Of a stretch of 64,000 nt of DNA, positions 33,209 through 43,622 are shown in pieces. Both the position numbers and the translations under genes were made by a program. Source of the stretch: a virus; the IMG/VR virus record IMGVR_UViG_3300045988_091674, one strand, 5' to 3'. The notes beneath the pieces are model-generated. The model did not search any database and was not told the DNA's origin. It worked only from the letters and a program-made list of their open reading frames with translations. The stretch's first letter is position 1. Each line of letters starts with the position of its first letter.

Positions 33209-33587
33209 AATTACCCCTTCATCAATTTATCATAAAAGTCTGCCCAATCATCTCTATCAGTGTCTTCCATAATAGCAAGATGCCAAAATTCTTCACTGAA
33301 AGAGTCATCGAACTTTTTATCAAACTGGTCAAAAATCATCTTCTCCATAATATCAAGAGGAGAAGCGAACTCAGACTCAAAATATTCTACTCCTGTTACG
33401 TCACTGGTTTTAGTAAGCATAAGGCAATAGTCTTGCACTTCGCCTGCATATTCAATAAACTTACTTTTTGTCATTACAACAAATCCTTTCTTTATTTCTA
33501 TTTATATTATATAATATTTTTAATTAAATGTCTATAAATAGAAATAACGGGGAAATGGCATTTTTCTTGCCATTTCCCCGAATAGGG

Positions 33588-35111
33588 TTAGTGGATTACC
33601 GCATATCTCTGACTATTGAGCTTATCAAGGATAAGATCAATACCAGTCTTGCCGGTCATAATCTGCTCGAAAAGCACAGGAGAATAACCACTGACAAAGG
33701 TAACTCTGCCATTATCTCTCATAGGAATGTTATCCTGACGAGCCTGGACATTCCAGAAAACGAGCTTAGGTAATTCATAACCATGGGCCTTCCAAATGTC
33801 TGCAATCTTCTCCATTTCAGACTTGGTATCTCTATTGTAACGACTCCAATAACCGTAATTATCGTCGAATGAGGCGCAGGAATCGAACTCCATATCAGAA
33901 ATTACGATTACATTCTTAGGCATATCCTCCTGCTTTACTCCATTCTCAATAGCGAGCTTGAGAATTAAGTCGAATACACTCTTAATGTTAGTATTCTCAC
34001 AGAGATTCTTGCTATAAATGCGATGTACCTTGTCAACGAAGTCGATGCCCTCAACAGGTACCAGTCTAGCCTGACGAGAGAAGGTGATGTAGTGACCATA
34101 CCAAGGAGAACTTTCATTACACTTTTCAGCGCAATACATTCCCAGAGAGATAGCCACATCAATAGGATTAATCTCATTGAAGCCACCTGTCATAGACGCA
34201 GAAGTATCTACAACAGCAACCCCATTGAAAACGGCATCATGGAAATAATCTGCCAGATTATCCCAGTACTTGCCAATCATCAGACGATCGGTATCATCAG
34301 CATGATATGCTCTACTCAACTTAACCGCCTCATGGACAACCTCACAGGGGTTCAAGGCCTTGGCATTTACCTTTGTGTCAGTGCTCTTAGCAAACTCCGC
34401 ATAAGTCTGCTTATCAGCCTTCTCCCTCATAATGTCATGACGGGCGAAAGCATTACGATAGATCAATCCCGCCTTAGAGGGAATCTTATCGAACTCGATT
34501 TCGTCCCAACGATTCTCGGACATAAGTCTCTCAAGAACCTTAATGCGCTTGCGGAGAACGGACAAAGTCTTGCGATACTGGCGAGGAGTCATACGGAAGT
34601 GGGTGCGAGTAATAGTAGCCAACTTACGAGATTCTGCGGAGCTGGTATTTTCAGACTTCAACCACTTAGCCAGAAGAGAAGGGGTCTTACACTCAACATC
34701 AAGAGCCAACTGATGGTACATAATGTCGAAAGCCTCATCTTCCAGGGGAGTTCCAACGAAGACGTAGAGGTCATCCCATCTGCCGAACTCGGGAACATAC
34801 TTCAGATTGCGGCGCATTGCATCGGTGTGGTGATTTGCCAACCACTTAGTTGCTACTCGGAAAAATCTGCGCTCGCCCTGTCCACCACGCACATCGCGCA
34901 GATAAAACAAGCACTTGAGCGCATAAGTTTCATCTTCCTTAAAAGCCTTATCGAACAGGAAGATTACGTCATCCTCGGAGCGCTTGCGGTAAGCAGCTCC
35001 CATGGCGAACAAATCCATGATTCCACTCATCGTAGACTTATAGGTAATGCCGCCGTTTTCAGTAGTGGTGATGTTGTCCATCTGCTTCATAGCGTTAAGA
35101 ATTGTATTCAT
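33588..35111 (-). CDS. vWA-domain protein (DUF2828 / TROVE-like family)
   Basis: 507 aa. MIDAS motif VVDTSASMTGG. N-terminal TENGGITYKSTMSG...ALKCLFYLRDVRGGQGERRFFR resembles the DUF2828 N-terminus. Confidence 0.55.
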   Translation of the reverse strand: MNTILNAMKQMDNITTTENGGITYKSTMSGIMDLFAMGAAYRKRSEDDVIFLFDKAFKEDETYALKCLFYLRDVRGGQGERRFFRVATKWLANHHTDAMRRNLKYVPEFGRWDDLYVFVGTPLEDEAFDIMYHQLALDVECKTPSLLAKWLKSENTSSAESRKLATITRTHFRMTPRQYRKTLSVLRKRIKVLERLMSENRWDEIEFDKIPSKAGLIYRNAFARHDIMREKADKQTYAEFAKSTDTKVNAKALNPCEVVHEAVKLSRAYHADDTDRLMIGKYWDNLADYFHDAVFNGVAVVDTSASMTGGFNEINPIDVAISLGMYCAEKCNESSPWYGHYITFSRQARLVPVEGIDFVDKVHRIYSKNLCENTNIKSVFDLILKLAIENGVKQEDMPKNVIVISDMEFDSCASFDDNYGYWSRYNRDTKSEMEKIADIWKAHGYELPKLVFWNVQARQDNIPMRDNGRVTFVSGYSPVLFEQIMTGKTGIDLILDKLNSQRYAVIH

Positions 35112-35230
35112 AGTATCAATCTCCTTTAAAGTTTAGTTGCTCCCTTGGACAAGGGAGAGAGATAACGATTCAATGACTTAGGCCCCACAAGCATCTAAAT
35201 CCCAAGGTATCGTTAAACCTGGAGGTAGCT

Positions 35231-35307
35231 AACCTCATACTGGAGGCAATGGCCAGATTCGAACTGGCGTATACTTGTTTTGCAGACAAGCCTCTTGATC
35301 CACTTGA
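35231..35307 (-). tRNA. tRNA-Cys (GCA)
   Basis: Reverse complement folds as a cloverleaf. Anticodon loop CUGCAAA, T-loop TTCGAAT, CCA encoded. Confidence 0.7.
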
Positions 35308-35432
35308 GTACATTGCCATATCGTGCGGCGACCAACCTTCGCTCCGCACATGGACGCATTTAACTTTCACAGCGCCAACCATCCTGAGTTCTGCTAACGA
35401 GGCACAGGAAGCTCCCGTTCTTTATAAAGAAA

Positions 35433-35509
35433 TGGTACTCGAGGTGAGACTCGAACTCACAAACATCAAGGTTTGAGCTTGACGGCTATACCAATTAGCC
35501 CACTCGAGC
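35433..35509 (-). tRNA. tRNA with anticodon CAA (Leu) but type-I body with short variable loop
   Basis: Acceptor gctcgag/ctcgagt, anticodon stem tcaag/cttga, loop CUCAAAC, 5-nt variable loop, discriminator A. Atypical for Leu. Confidence 0.5.
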
Positions 35510-36132
35510 ATTTAAATCTTTGAGCATCATTTCAATTCTGTCCAATTTACTGTTCATAGCATCTAACAGAATTTTGGTTTGTTCATCAAAGCGTTTAGAA
35601 ACTTCATTTCTTAATCTTTCCACTTCGTGACTTTCAGCATTTTGCAACTAAAGCACAAAAGAAATAATCGAAATAATATCTAAAAATTCAATATTATTTT
35701 GCCACATAAATTGCCAACTCCTCAATAAAAGAAATGCGAGAGAGCTATTAGTATTTATTTAAGATAACTCTCTCGCGGTTAAAAGAAAGGAAGGATTTAT
35801 TTTCTCAAGTACCATCTCTGGTATGTCTGCCAAAGCTCTTTTCTGGTGGGAGGAGTTTCAGGATTTCTCCTTCCTAGCCTAGCTCTATTTCTCTTCCATC
35901 TTTCCAACCATCTCTCTGAAAAAACTTCAAAGGAAGGAGCTACTTCTCGATAATCTCGAATATCCCAAGAGCAATAAGCCTTTTTAAAAGACCCTTTATC
36001 AAAGTTTACTTCCGGGTCTTTAAGGAGCCTTCTAACTTTTTTATTGGCTCTTCTCTTTCCTCCATTATAAGAGATAGAAGATACAGCCGGGGTTTTCTTA
36101 CGAGACTTTCCCATGTTAGACCTCCTTATTAT

Positions 36133-36207
36133 TGGCAGCGGAGGTGGGATTCGAACCCACTCCCGAGGTTTTAGAGACCCCTGCGCTAACCATTACGCTA
36201 CTCCGCA
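36133..36207 (-). tRNA. amber suppressor tRNA (anticodon CUA), tRNA-Trp-like scaffold
   Basis: Anticodon stem ggggt/acctc, loop CUCUAAA giving anticodon CUA, T-arm gtgggttcgaatcccac, CCA encoded. Loop and T-arm are nearly identical to the window's tRNA-Trp (47063..47138). Confidence 0.75.
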
Positions 36208-36865
36208 ACATACATATCAAGACACTATATTAAAAACCTACAAGTATTTGAAAAAAAATAAAATTTACTTTATGTAAAGATAGCTGTTAGTGTCTTATGT
36301 TACTGTCGTTCTTGCATAATAGCAACTGATGTTCTATCAGTCGCATCTCTGTATGTTCCTGATGTAAGCCCGTTTAATGGACACCAATCAGGAATTTCGC
36401 ATTTTTCTCTTAGCTCAGACCAATGACTTGCTACTGTAATCCATGGGTTTACCGGAAGAGGACTTTCTGCAAACGCGGAATTATAACCTAAAGGCATTAG
36501 ATACGAAATTTCGTTGCATTTCATTCCTCTTGCTTTAGACTCTGAGCAGAAAACAGCTAAACAAGTATCATCCTCTGGGTCAGGGTCTTTTACGACCCAA
36601 CATTTATCACAGTCTAAACAGTTGCTCATACCTTTCAACTTTCTATAAGTATTATATCAAAAAAATTTTTTATTGTCAAAATTTCCACCAGGATTTGTGA
36701 TAGCCGCATTTTTTACAATAACATGAAACTTTCATTCCTCGATGAAATGAACCGCTGCTATTGGAAGTTTCAGCCCATCCTTCACTAAAAACAAATTCGT
36801 GTTTACAAAAAACTTGTCGGATATAGTTGACTAACCAGCGCATTACTCTATCCCCTTGTATAAAA

Positions 36866-36955
36866 TGGCGACGGAGGTGGGATTCGAACCCACGGACGCC
36901 TTTCAGCGTCTCTAGTTTTCAAGACTAGTGCCTTCAACCACTCGGCCACTCCGCC
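36866..36955 (-). tRNA. tRNA-Ser (TGA), type II
   Basis: Loop CUUGAAA and a long variable arm. 90 nt. Confidence 0.7.
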
Positions 36956-37396
36956 ATAAAAGGGCCGAAGCCCTTATATTAAAGGTCGTTCAAGATTTCT
37001 GCGAGGTAATCCTCAGCCTCTGTAACTCTTGCCTCAGAATCAATAAGGTAATCATACATCTTCTCATGATGAGCCTCTGCGGCGCGACAGGCTTCGTAAG
37101 CTTCTTTTGTCTTACGAGTAGCTCGATCATAACGCTTATAGGCAATCTTCAAAGCGCATCGAGCGGCCGCAAGCTCCTTTCCCTTCTCCATAGAGAACTC
37201 GTCACTGGGGTCACAGGTTGCTACACCACGAACAGTCTTTCCAGCATAAGTAGAAACGGCGATAACTCGCCGGCCATTGGTGTAATAACGATACTTCTCA
37301 GTGGGATACATCATAATTCTTCTCCTTTATAATTTTAATTTTTCTTTTCTTTAACTTTCTGTATATATTATATTATAATTTTTAATTTTTTGCAAA

Positions 37397-37597
37397 TTAG
37401 AAAGTACCCCAGGAAACACCGGTTTCAACAAATGGCAACTCTAAATAATGACTTGTACCATTTCCGACCTTAAAACGGATTTCGCCAGAATCTTCAATCA
37501 CAATAATCAATTCTCCATTTAATAGAATAGGATTATTGGCTTCCCAATTCTCGCTTGTATCTTTCTTATTCGAAATTCTACTATTAAAAGTTACCAT
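37397..37597 (-). CDS. small protein with tail-fiber N-terminal-type domain
   Basis: 66 aa. ENWEANNPILLNGEL...KVGNG matches the N-termini of the two larger paralogs upstream. Confidence 0.45.
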   Translation of the reverse strand: MVTFNSRISNKKDTSENWEANNPILLNGELIIVIEDSGEIRFKVGNGTSHYLELPFVETGVSWGTF

Positions 37598-37650
37598 TTT
37601 AAGCCTCCTTAAATAAAAATAAAGCCCATTTAAAAATGGGCTTTATTAAA

Positions 37651-38988
37651 TTACATCACTGTATTAGAACTTCCACAATTAAAAATAATTGTAGCAGTTT
37701 GAGTTAAATCATCAATTTTCCCACTTTTGGCTACAGTAGATAGATCGGAATTATTGGCTTTCTAAGCAAGAGCTGCGGATAATCCGTTAACATTCTCAAT
37801 AGTAGGCTGCGCACGAGTTACATTGATAACACCATCAACCTCGGAAACCGCAGTTACAAATTGATTTGCTACCGCAGAATCCTCTTTGTCTAAGGCATTA
37901 ATTTTAGAATCTGCATATTGTTGTGCCTCTTGTTTTGCTGTATTAATCTTTTCTTGTGTTACTGTTGCAGTATCATATGCAGAAAGATCTACCATTCCAG
38001 CAAGAACGTCCCACTTAAACTCATCCTCGCCGGTATCAATACATACTACATTAGTACCAGCAGGATAGTCTTTACCAGCTCCTTCCACGAAGTCAGCAGT
38101 TGTGGTAAATTCATCAATGATATTATATACTTTGCCTTCCTCTACTGCACTTAATTCTGGAAGGGAATCAAAAGCAACAGATCCTCCAGCTTTGTAAGTA
38201 GAAGCAAGTTTCGCAGCAATCTAATTATCAGTATAGGTCTTAGCTTCATCATATGCGCCTTTAATAGTTGTAGAAGAGCCACTACCAGTACCGATTAATT
38301 CTGTTTTTGCTTGAGTAATTTTCTACTCTACCTCTGTAGTTTTTGCATATTGGGAGATATTTAGAGCAGTAATTTTTTCATCGGCCGCGGTTCCAGCCTC
38401 TTCAATAGCTTCTTCTTTTGCTGTTTCTGCGCTACCGGCAGGATCATAGGCAGAACTCTCAGTATAAGCAGCAGAGCCAAGCCCGTGAACTTTTACTTCT
38501 ACTTCAGAGCCAGTTACTCCAAATTTAACAGTACCATTGGTTGCTCCTTCAAGCAAACTATAGGTTGGAGCAACAAGAGCGATTGTGCTTACATCGGTCC
38601 AAGAACTATCATTTTTTGGCTTAGATTGAAGTTTGAATCCCATATTACCATTTTTGACAATCTGATACTGTGTATCGGTATCTTCAACTTTCTCTCCAAT
38701 GAAGTCCTCAAGTCCTTGAATTTCACTTGCTTGATATGTAGGTTTAGTAGCTGCTTTTGCCCAAGCGTAAACATCAGCAGCAGTTCCACTCACCCACTTT
38801 AAAGTTTTAAAATCTGATTCTCCATCACCTATTTTTAATAAATAGGTAGGCTCGTTTTGAGCTACACCTGTTTCAACTGGAACTTCAACAACAGCCATTT
38901 CCCCTTTTAGAAGAGTTGGATTGTTGGTGTTCCAATTTTCATAGGTGTCATATTTTAATTGGATTCTAGTTTTTAATTCATTGGCCAT
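37651..38988 (-). CDS. tail fiber protein, three in-frame TAGs
   Basis: ORFs 38323..38988 and 37762..38088 are in one frame. TAGs at 38323-25, 38218-20 and 37759-61. Ends in TAA at 37651-53. N-terminal ENWNTNNPTLLKGE...KIGDG motif. RBS AAGGAGG. Confidence 0.7.
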
Positions 38989-39007
38989 CTTTAAAATGCC
39001 TCCTTAT

Positions 39008-39569
39008 TTTAGTCTACTGCTGTCCCACAGTTTAATATTAAAGTAAAACCTTCAACATCCACTATTTTATCAAGTCCTACAGAATTAATTTCTCCGGTTC
39101 CATCTGAAAGTATTTTTATCTAGTTATTCTAACTACTCCCCTTAATTAAACCAAGATTTTCTTCTGTTCCCGCCGGAATAGTAACTTTATTATCTTCAAC
39201 CGGCAAATCTTTATTTCCGATAGAGATAGTTTCTATTACTTTATCCTAAGATATTGGAGTATACCACTCTAATGTGCCATCTTCTCTTTTTCTAATAGAT
39301 TGCCCTGTTGATGCTTCTGCAAATCCTTTTAATGAAATCTGTCCAATTCCATCAATAACAATAGATTGATTGTCTACATCAACATTTACCAAACTACTAT
39401 TTATATATTTTAACTATTTCCACTCGGTGGCTCCATCTCCAATTTTTAACTTTCCAGTATCTATTTCAAATCCCGGCTCACCTTGACGAAGAATTGGATT
39501 TAATTCGGTCCACTTCTCTGATGTTCCTCGCTTGAACTAAAATATTGTTTTATAAACAACTTCAGCCAA
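39008..39569 (-). pseudogene. tail fiber paralog with a +1 frame break near codon 30 (TTG start)
   Basis: TTG at 39569 with RBS AAAGGAGGG. After ...ILRQ the reading needs a 1-nt skip at the plus-strand caccc tract (39479-82) to continue as GEPGFEIDTGKLKIGDG... to TAA at 39008-10. Carries TAG codons as well. Confidence 0.4.
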
Positions 39570-39583
39570 AGTCACTCCCTCCT

Positions 39584-39841
39584 TTAGCCAATTAGTCCGC
39601 CATCATAAATAATAGTTGTATCTTCTGGAGGAAGAGGCTAATCTCCGCCTCCACCAGAGGGCTACAACACCCATTCATGATCAGAATTGAGAATATATTT
39701 ATTTCCATTTTCAATTACATATGCCGAACTGCCTGGCTTTCGGTTTGTAGGGAGATTAGCAACATCACTTTGGTAATCACATAAAAAATGAATCGCGCCA
39801 TATATAATTTTATTGGCTGTATTTTTACCAACAGTAATCAT
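39584..39841 (-). CDS. Gly-rich small protein, two in-frame TAGs
   Basis: ATG at 39841. ...VLQPSGGGGDQPLPPEDTTIIYDGGLIG then TAA. Confidence 0.4.
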
Positions 39842-40115
39842 ACTTATTCTCCTTTCTTTAAAGAGTAGAGAAAATTATCTCTCTTTATACTATATAACAA
39901 TAATGACAAAAGGTTTTACATAAATTGTCCAAAGCCTATTTTTGAAAGAAAAATTTGGTGGGCCTGTGCGAACGAAAACTCGGAGCAGGACGGGTAAACA
40001 GAAAGAGGGGCTACCTATTTGGTAGCCCCTCTAGGGGATTGGAATTTTGCAGAACTCCAATCATACATATTACATTTATAAATGAAATATATATAAACAC
40101 CGCTGCAACGATGGA

Positions 40116-40191
40116 TGGTTGCGGGTATGAGAATCGAACTCATTCCTCAAGCCTTATGAGGGCTGCGACTTAACCACTTGTCCTACCCGCA
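40116..40191 (-). tRNA. tRNA-Met (CAT)
   Basis: Loop CUCAUAA, T-loop TTCGATT, U1-A72, CCA encoded. Confidence 0.65.
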
Positions 40192-40230
40192 ATATATAAA
40201 GCAGTTTTAAGACTTGCTTAGGTCTTTATA

Positions 40231-41352
40231 TTAAAGGTCAATATACTTATTGACATTATAAAATGTAACTTTAGTAAAGGTTACTCCTTCAACTCTCACG
40301 TTCTCGTTAAATTCTTTTCTCGCTCTTTCTCTCTCTTCCTCAGAGGGATAATTCAAATCGAAAGTATCGAAGTCGCAACAAATCTCAGCGTCCATTCCCA
40401 TAAGAGTTAGGGTGCCATTCACTGATTTGATATTGCTTGGAGAAAAAACAAGAATAAAATCATTCTTATCTTTTCTAAATCTAATTCGCTGCTCTTCTTT
40501 GTCATAGAGGTTAAGAGAATAGCCATACACTGTCATAGCCCAACCATTGGTTAGTCGAACACTAATATCAAAGACAGAATTTCTTTCATAGTTAATGTTC
40601 AAATCCATCAGGGTTTCCTCAAGAGGGTAGCCCTGCTTCAAATCAAAAGCAATGGCTCTCAGACTGTCATAGGTAATATCCGCGATCTGCGATAGCTTAA
40701 TTACCTTTTCAATCTCCTCTTGAAATCCTGTTCCCACCGCATCAATCATATAGTCTCTTACTTCATCCGCGGTTGGGCATCCAATTTCAAAATGATAATG
40801 GAAACGACCGGGTCTGTTAATGAGGAACTCGTTCAATCTCTTAGTATCGTTGCACGTGATAACGAAAAGTTTCTTTCCATCATCAACGCCGTCAAACAAA
40901 CTTAAAAGCTCTACCTGCGGATCCCCGTCATCATTTCTTGCGAAAGTCTTTTCAAACTCGTCGAAGATGATAACTACTTCCTGCTCAATAGAACTTAGAA
41001 AGTTGCTAATTCCGGGGATTGGACAATCGACTATAATCACCGGCATATCTCGCTTAATCGCGGCTTCCGCAATCATACGAGCAAAAAGAGATTTGCCAAT
41101 ACCTTTCTTACCAGAAAGAATTATGCCAAAGTTTCTTTCAGCTTTCTCAAAAGAGTTAAAAACCTTTTCTACTTTTCTTTCGTGCGAACCATAAACCTTT
41201 TCTTCTTTTACTTGAAGGTTATTATGCAACTGAAGCCAAATTCCCATTTGAGGATGGAAGCCGATCGAATATGTACCCGCAGGCAACTCCTTATAAGTTT
41301 TTACATCATCCCCATATACTTGGAAACGGTTTCCTGTATGAACAATATTCAT
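40231..41352 (-). CDS. AAA+ ATPase
   Basis: 373 aa. Walker A GKKGIGKS, Walker B IIVDCP. Confidence 0.6.
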   Translation of the reverse strand: MNIVHTGNRFQVYGDDVKTYKELPAGTYSIGFHPQMGIWLQLHNNLQVKEEKVYGSHERKVEKVFNSFEKAERNFGIILSGKKGIGKSLFARMIAEAAIKRDMPVIIVDCPIPGISNFLSSIEQEVVIIFDEFEKTFARNDDGDPQVELLSLFDGVDDGKKLFVITCNDTKRLNEFLINRPGRFHYHFEIGCPTADEVRDYMIDAVGTGFQEEIEKVIKLSQIADITYDSLRAIAFDLKQGYPLEETLMDLNINYERNSVFDISVRLTNGWAMTVYGYSLNLYDKEEQRIRFRKDKNDFILVFSPSNIKSVNGTLTLMGMDAEICCDFDTFDLNYPSEEERERARKEFNENVRVEGVTFTKVTFYNVNKYIDL

Positions 41353-41443
41353 TACATACTTCCTTTCCTATTGTTTGGTTTGGTGGGCCAGGAGGGAATC
41401 GCACCCACTCGAGCTCGAAAGCACCGGTTTTTGGAGTTAAATC

Positions 41444-41848
41444 TTAGATTCGAACTAAGTATTTACTGGTATCCAATTTACAATTTGGGGCACTGGTTGT
41501 TCTCAAAGTTATTGATTTTACATTTCCAGCTTGAATCAAATCGTTCATTGGAATTACAAACATATTCATATCTTGATTAGCGCAAAACAACAAGTCTAAA
41601 GGATGGTTAAGTATCGAATCATAAACATTTCCTTTAGTTCCACCTGCGGATTTTAGATTAATTTCTCCAGTTTTCGATGATGTAAATTTGCACTAAACTG
41701 TTTGGAAAACTCCATCTTTTTCAATAACTAAATCATACCATTGAGTATCATTCAGTGGGACTGATACAGTGTATCCATTAGAACCAAAGTATCCTATTGC
41801 TAAAGATAGACCAGCATTTCCTTTCTACTGATTGTTTGTAATGACCAT
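41444..41848 (-). CDS. hypothetical protein with in-frame TAG
   Basis: RBS AGGAGG then ATG at 41848. Read with TAG as sense, ends in TAA at 41444-46. Not in the ORF track. Confidence 0.4.
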
Positions 41849-42015
41849 TAATATCCTCCTAAGTAGGAATTTAACACAGACCGGGGTGTCTACTTTATCA
41901 CTTTACTGACCCATATATAAAAGCGCCGAACATCCTATTAGAACGCCTTCCCCATGCGGGACTTCTATTGTTTATTTGCTGGCAGAATTTGAACCATTAA
42001 CCATGGCGCTATTAG

Positions 42016-42101
42016 TGGTGCGGGAGAAGGGATTCGAACCCTCACGAGCCAAGCTCAACGGATTTTAAGTCCGTGGCGTCTACCGGTTCCGCCACTCCCG
42101 C
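42016..42101 (-). tRNA. tRNA-Leu (TAA), type II
   Basis: Loop CUUAAAA and a long variable arm. Confidence 0.7.
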
Positions 42102-42187
42102 ATAATGCACATTTTTATGCTGAGTTGCGCTTCTCACCTTTCTCTTCTTCTTCCCCGACGGATGAAAGTATCTTCGGCATATTCGGT

Positions 42188-42307
42188 GGGGAGTGCAGGA
42201 CTCGAACCTGCGACATCGTGCACCATAAGCAAGTAGTAAAGATTGCTGTTACGGTCTTTGACAAGACCAAACTATTAACGCGCTCTACCTACTGAGCTAA
42301 CTCCCCA
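42188..42307 (-). tRNA. 120-nt tRNA-like gene with about 45 extra nt between the D-arm and T-arm
   Basis: Perfect acceptor ggggagt/actcccc, canonical D-arm tagctcagtaggtagagc, T-arm gcaggttcgagtcctgc. No canonical anticodon arm in the intervening 70 nt. Confidence 0.4.
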
Positions 42308-43188
42308 TATTAAAAACGATTTTGGTTAAGGTTAATCGTGAACCTTGTCAGTGTGCTACTACGCCAAAGGCGAGTCCTGCAGGTCTACTCGCCACTCTTT
42401 GAATGGTGGACGCTTTCAATCCTACATCCTGACAATAGAAGTCTTATTTACGATTTCTATACGTATTGCTTCTATTACTGGCACCGCTTCTTCGTGTTGA
42501 ACGAAGACCTCTTGGTTCAGAGCCAAGCGTGCAGACCGCTACACTAAAGCGGTATAAAGAAAATAGAATAACTTAAATATAACTATAATGCGGGCCTTCG
42601 CCCTACCAACTGTTTAATCTTCATCTATATTCAACCATTGAGGAGACAAGTCTGAGCTTCGAGGAGCGACCTCTAACTTCTTGCCCCAGAACTTTTGTTC
42701 CATTTCTCAAAAGGGATTGATTACCCTTACCTTTCACCCGTCATTCAGAAATTTGATTTTAGAACAAGCAATATCTTATTATCTAATCATCAAAGTCTTT
42801 GCACATTTGGGCTACTCAGATCATGACCTTATCTTATACCCAGATTTCTCTGGTTCAAGTGCAAACTCTCTTGTTGGCATTTCCAAGGATTGCCAAAGTT
42901 GCCACACTTTAACCTAACTTGGATTATTCCCCACAGGGGCGTCTATTGCGAGAGCGATAAGACAGTGTTTTTAGATGCGATTATGTCAGCACAACCCTCC
43001 TAGGAGCCGGTCATTCGACCACGAGAACTCTAATGTCACCATTAAAGCCCATTACGGATGGTTGGGGTATCCTCCATTATCCGATTCTCCCAGCCTAAGC
43101 TCGGATTGGGTTTCTCAGCCACATGACGTTGTGTCTTCACTGAGTTGCATTATAGCCATATCTAAGTTATTCTATTTTCAAGGTACAG

Positions 43189-43262
43189 TGGCAGCCGGTA
43201 GAGGAGTCGAACCTCTAACAAAGGAGTCAAAGTCCCCTACGTTACCATTACGCCAACCGGCT
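43189..43262 (-). tRNA. tRNA-Gln (TTG)
   Basis: Loop CUUUGAC. Anticodon stem has G-U pairs. Confidence 0.55.
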
Positions 43263-43335
43263 ATAAATACAAGACGCATTAAAGAAAAGACTGTTTATCA
43301 GACAGTTGCGTGAACCATTCCGCCAAAAAGCCAAT

Positions 43336-43402
43336 GGGCTTTTACAGGATTTGAACCTGTATCTTCTTAATAGAAGAATTGCTGTATGCGTCTTTAAAAG
43401 AC
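43336..43402 (-). tRNA. atypical 67-nt tRNA-like element
   Basis: T-arm acaggttcaaatcctgt plus an acceptor stem. D-arm is degenerate and the anticodon is ambiguous. Confidence 0.25.
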
Positions 43403-43622
43403 TACTTTATATCTTAATTACACTCGCTACCATATCACTTCCAGATAAATCTTGATAAATCTCTTCCAATGAAGCATTTTCATCAACGATATATCCATTC
43501 AAAAGAGAATGTTTCATTAGAGCTTCTTTTTCTGATTCGGCAGAAATTTTCTCTAATTCAATCTCATTCTCAAAAAAGCTAAGAACTCCAACAACAAAGT
43601 CCATAATTATCTCCTTATTAAG

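Noticed and set aside
33588-35520. Y-RNA-like partner ncRNA next to the TROVE-like vWA gene
   Set aside because: Appealing by analogy to Ro60-YrlA operons. The adjacent RNAs, however, fold as ordinary tRNA-Cys and tRNA(CAA) with no Y-RNA-like extended stem. Unsupported.
41432-41470. T-arm plus acceptor minihelix with CCA (agtaaat-ac-cttag-ttcgaat-ctaag-atttaac-t-cca) resembling a tRNA 3' half
   Set aside because: It lies inside the C-terminal coding region of the TAG-containing gene 41444..41848. There is no matching 5' half. Most likely a chance T-loop-like sequence.
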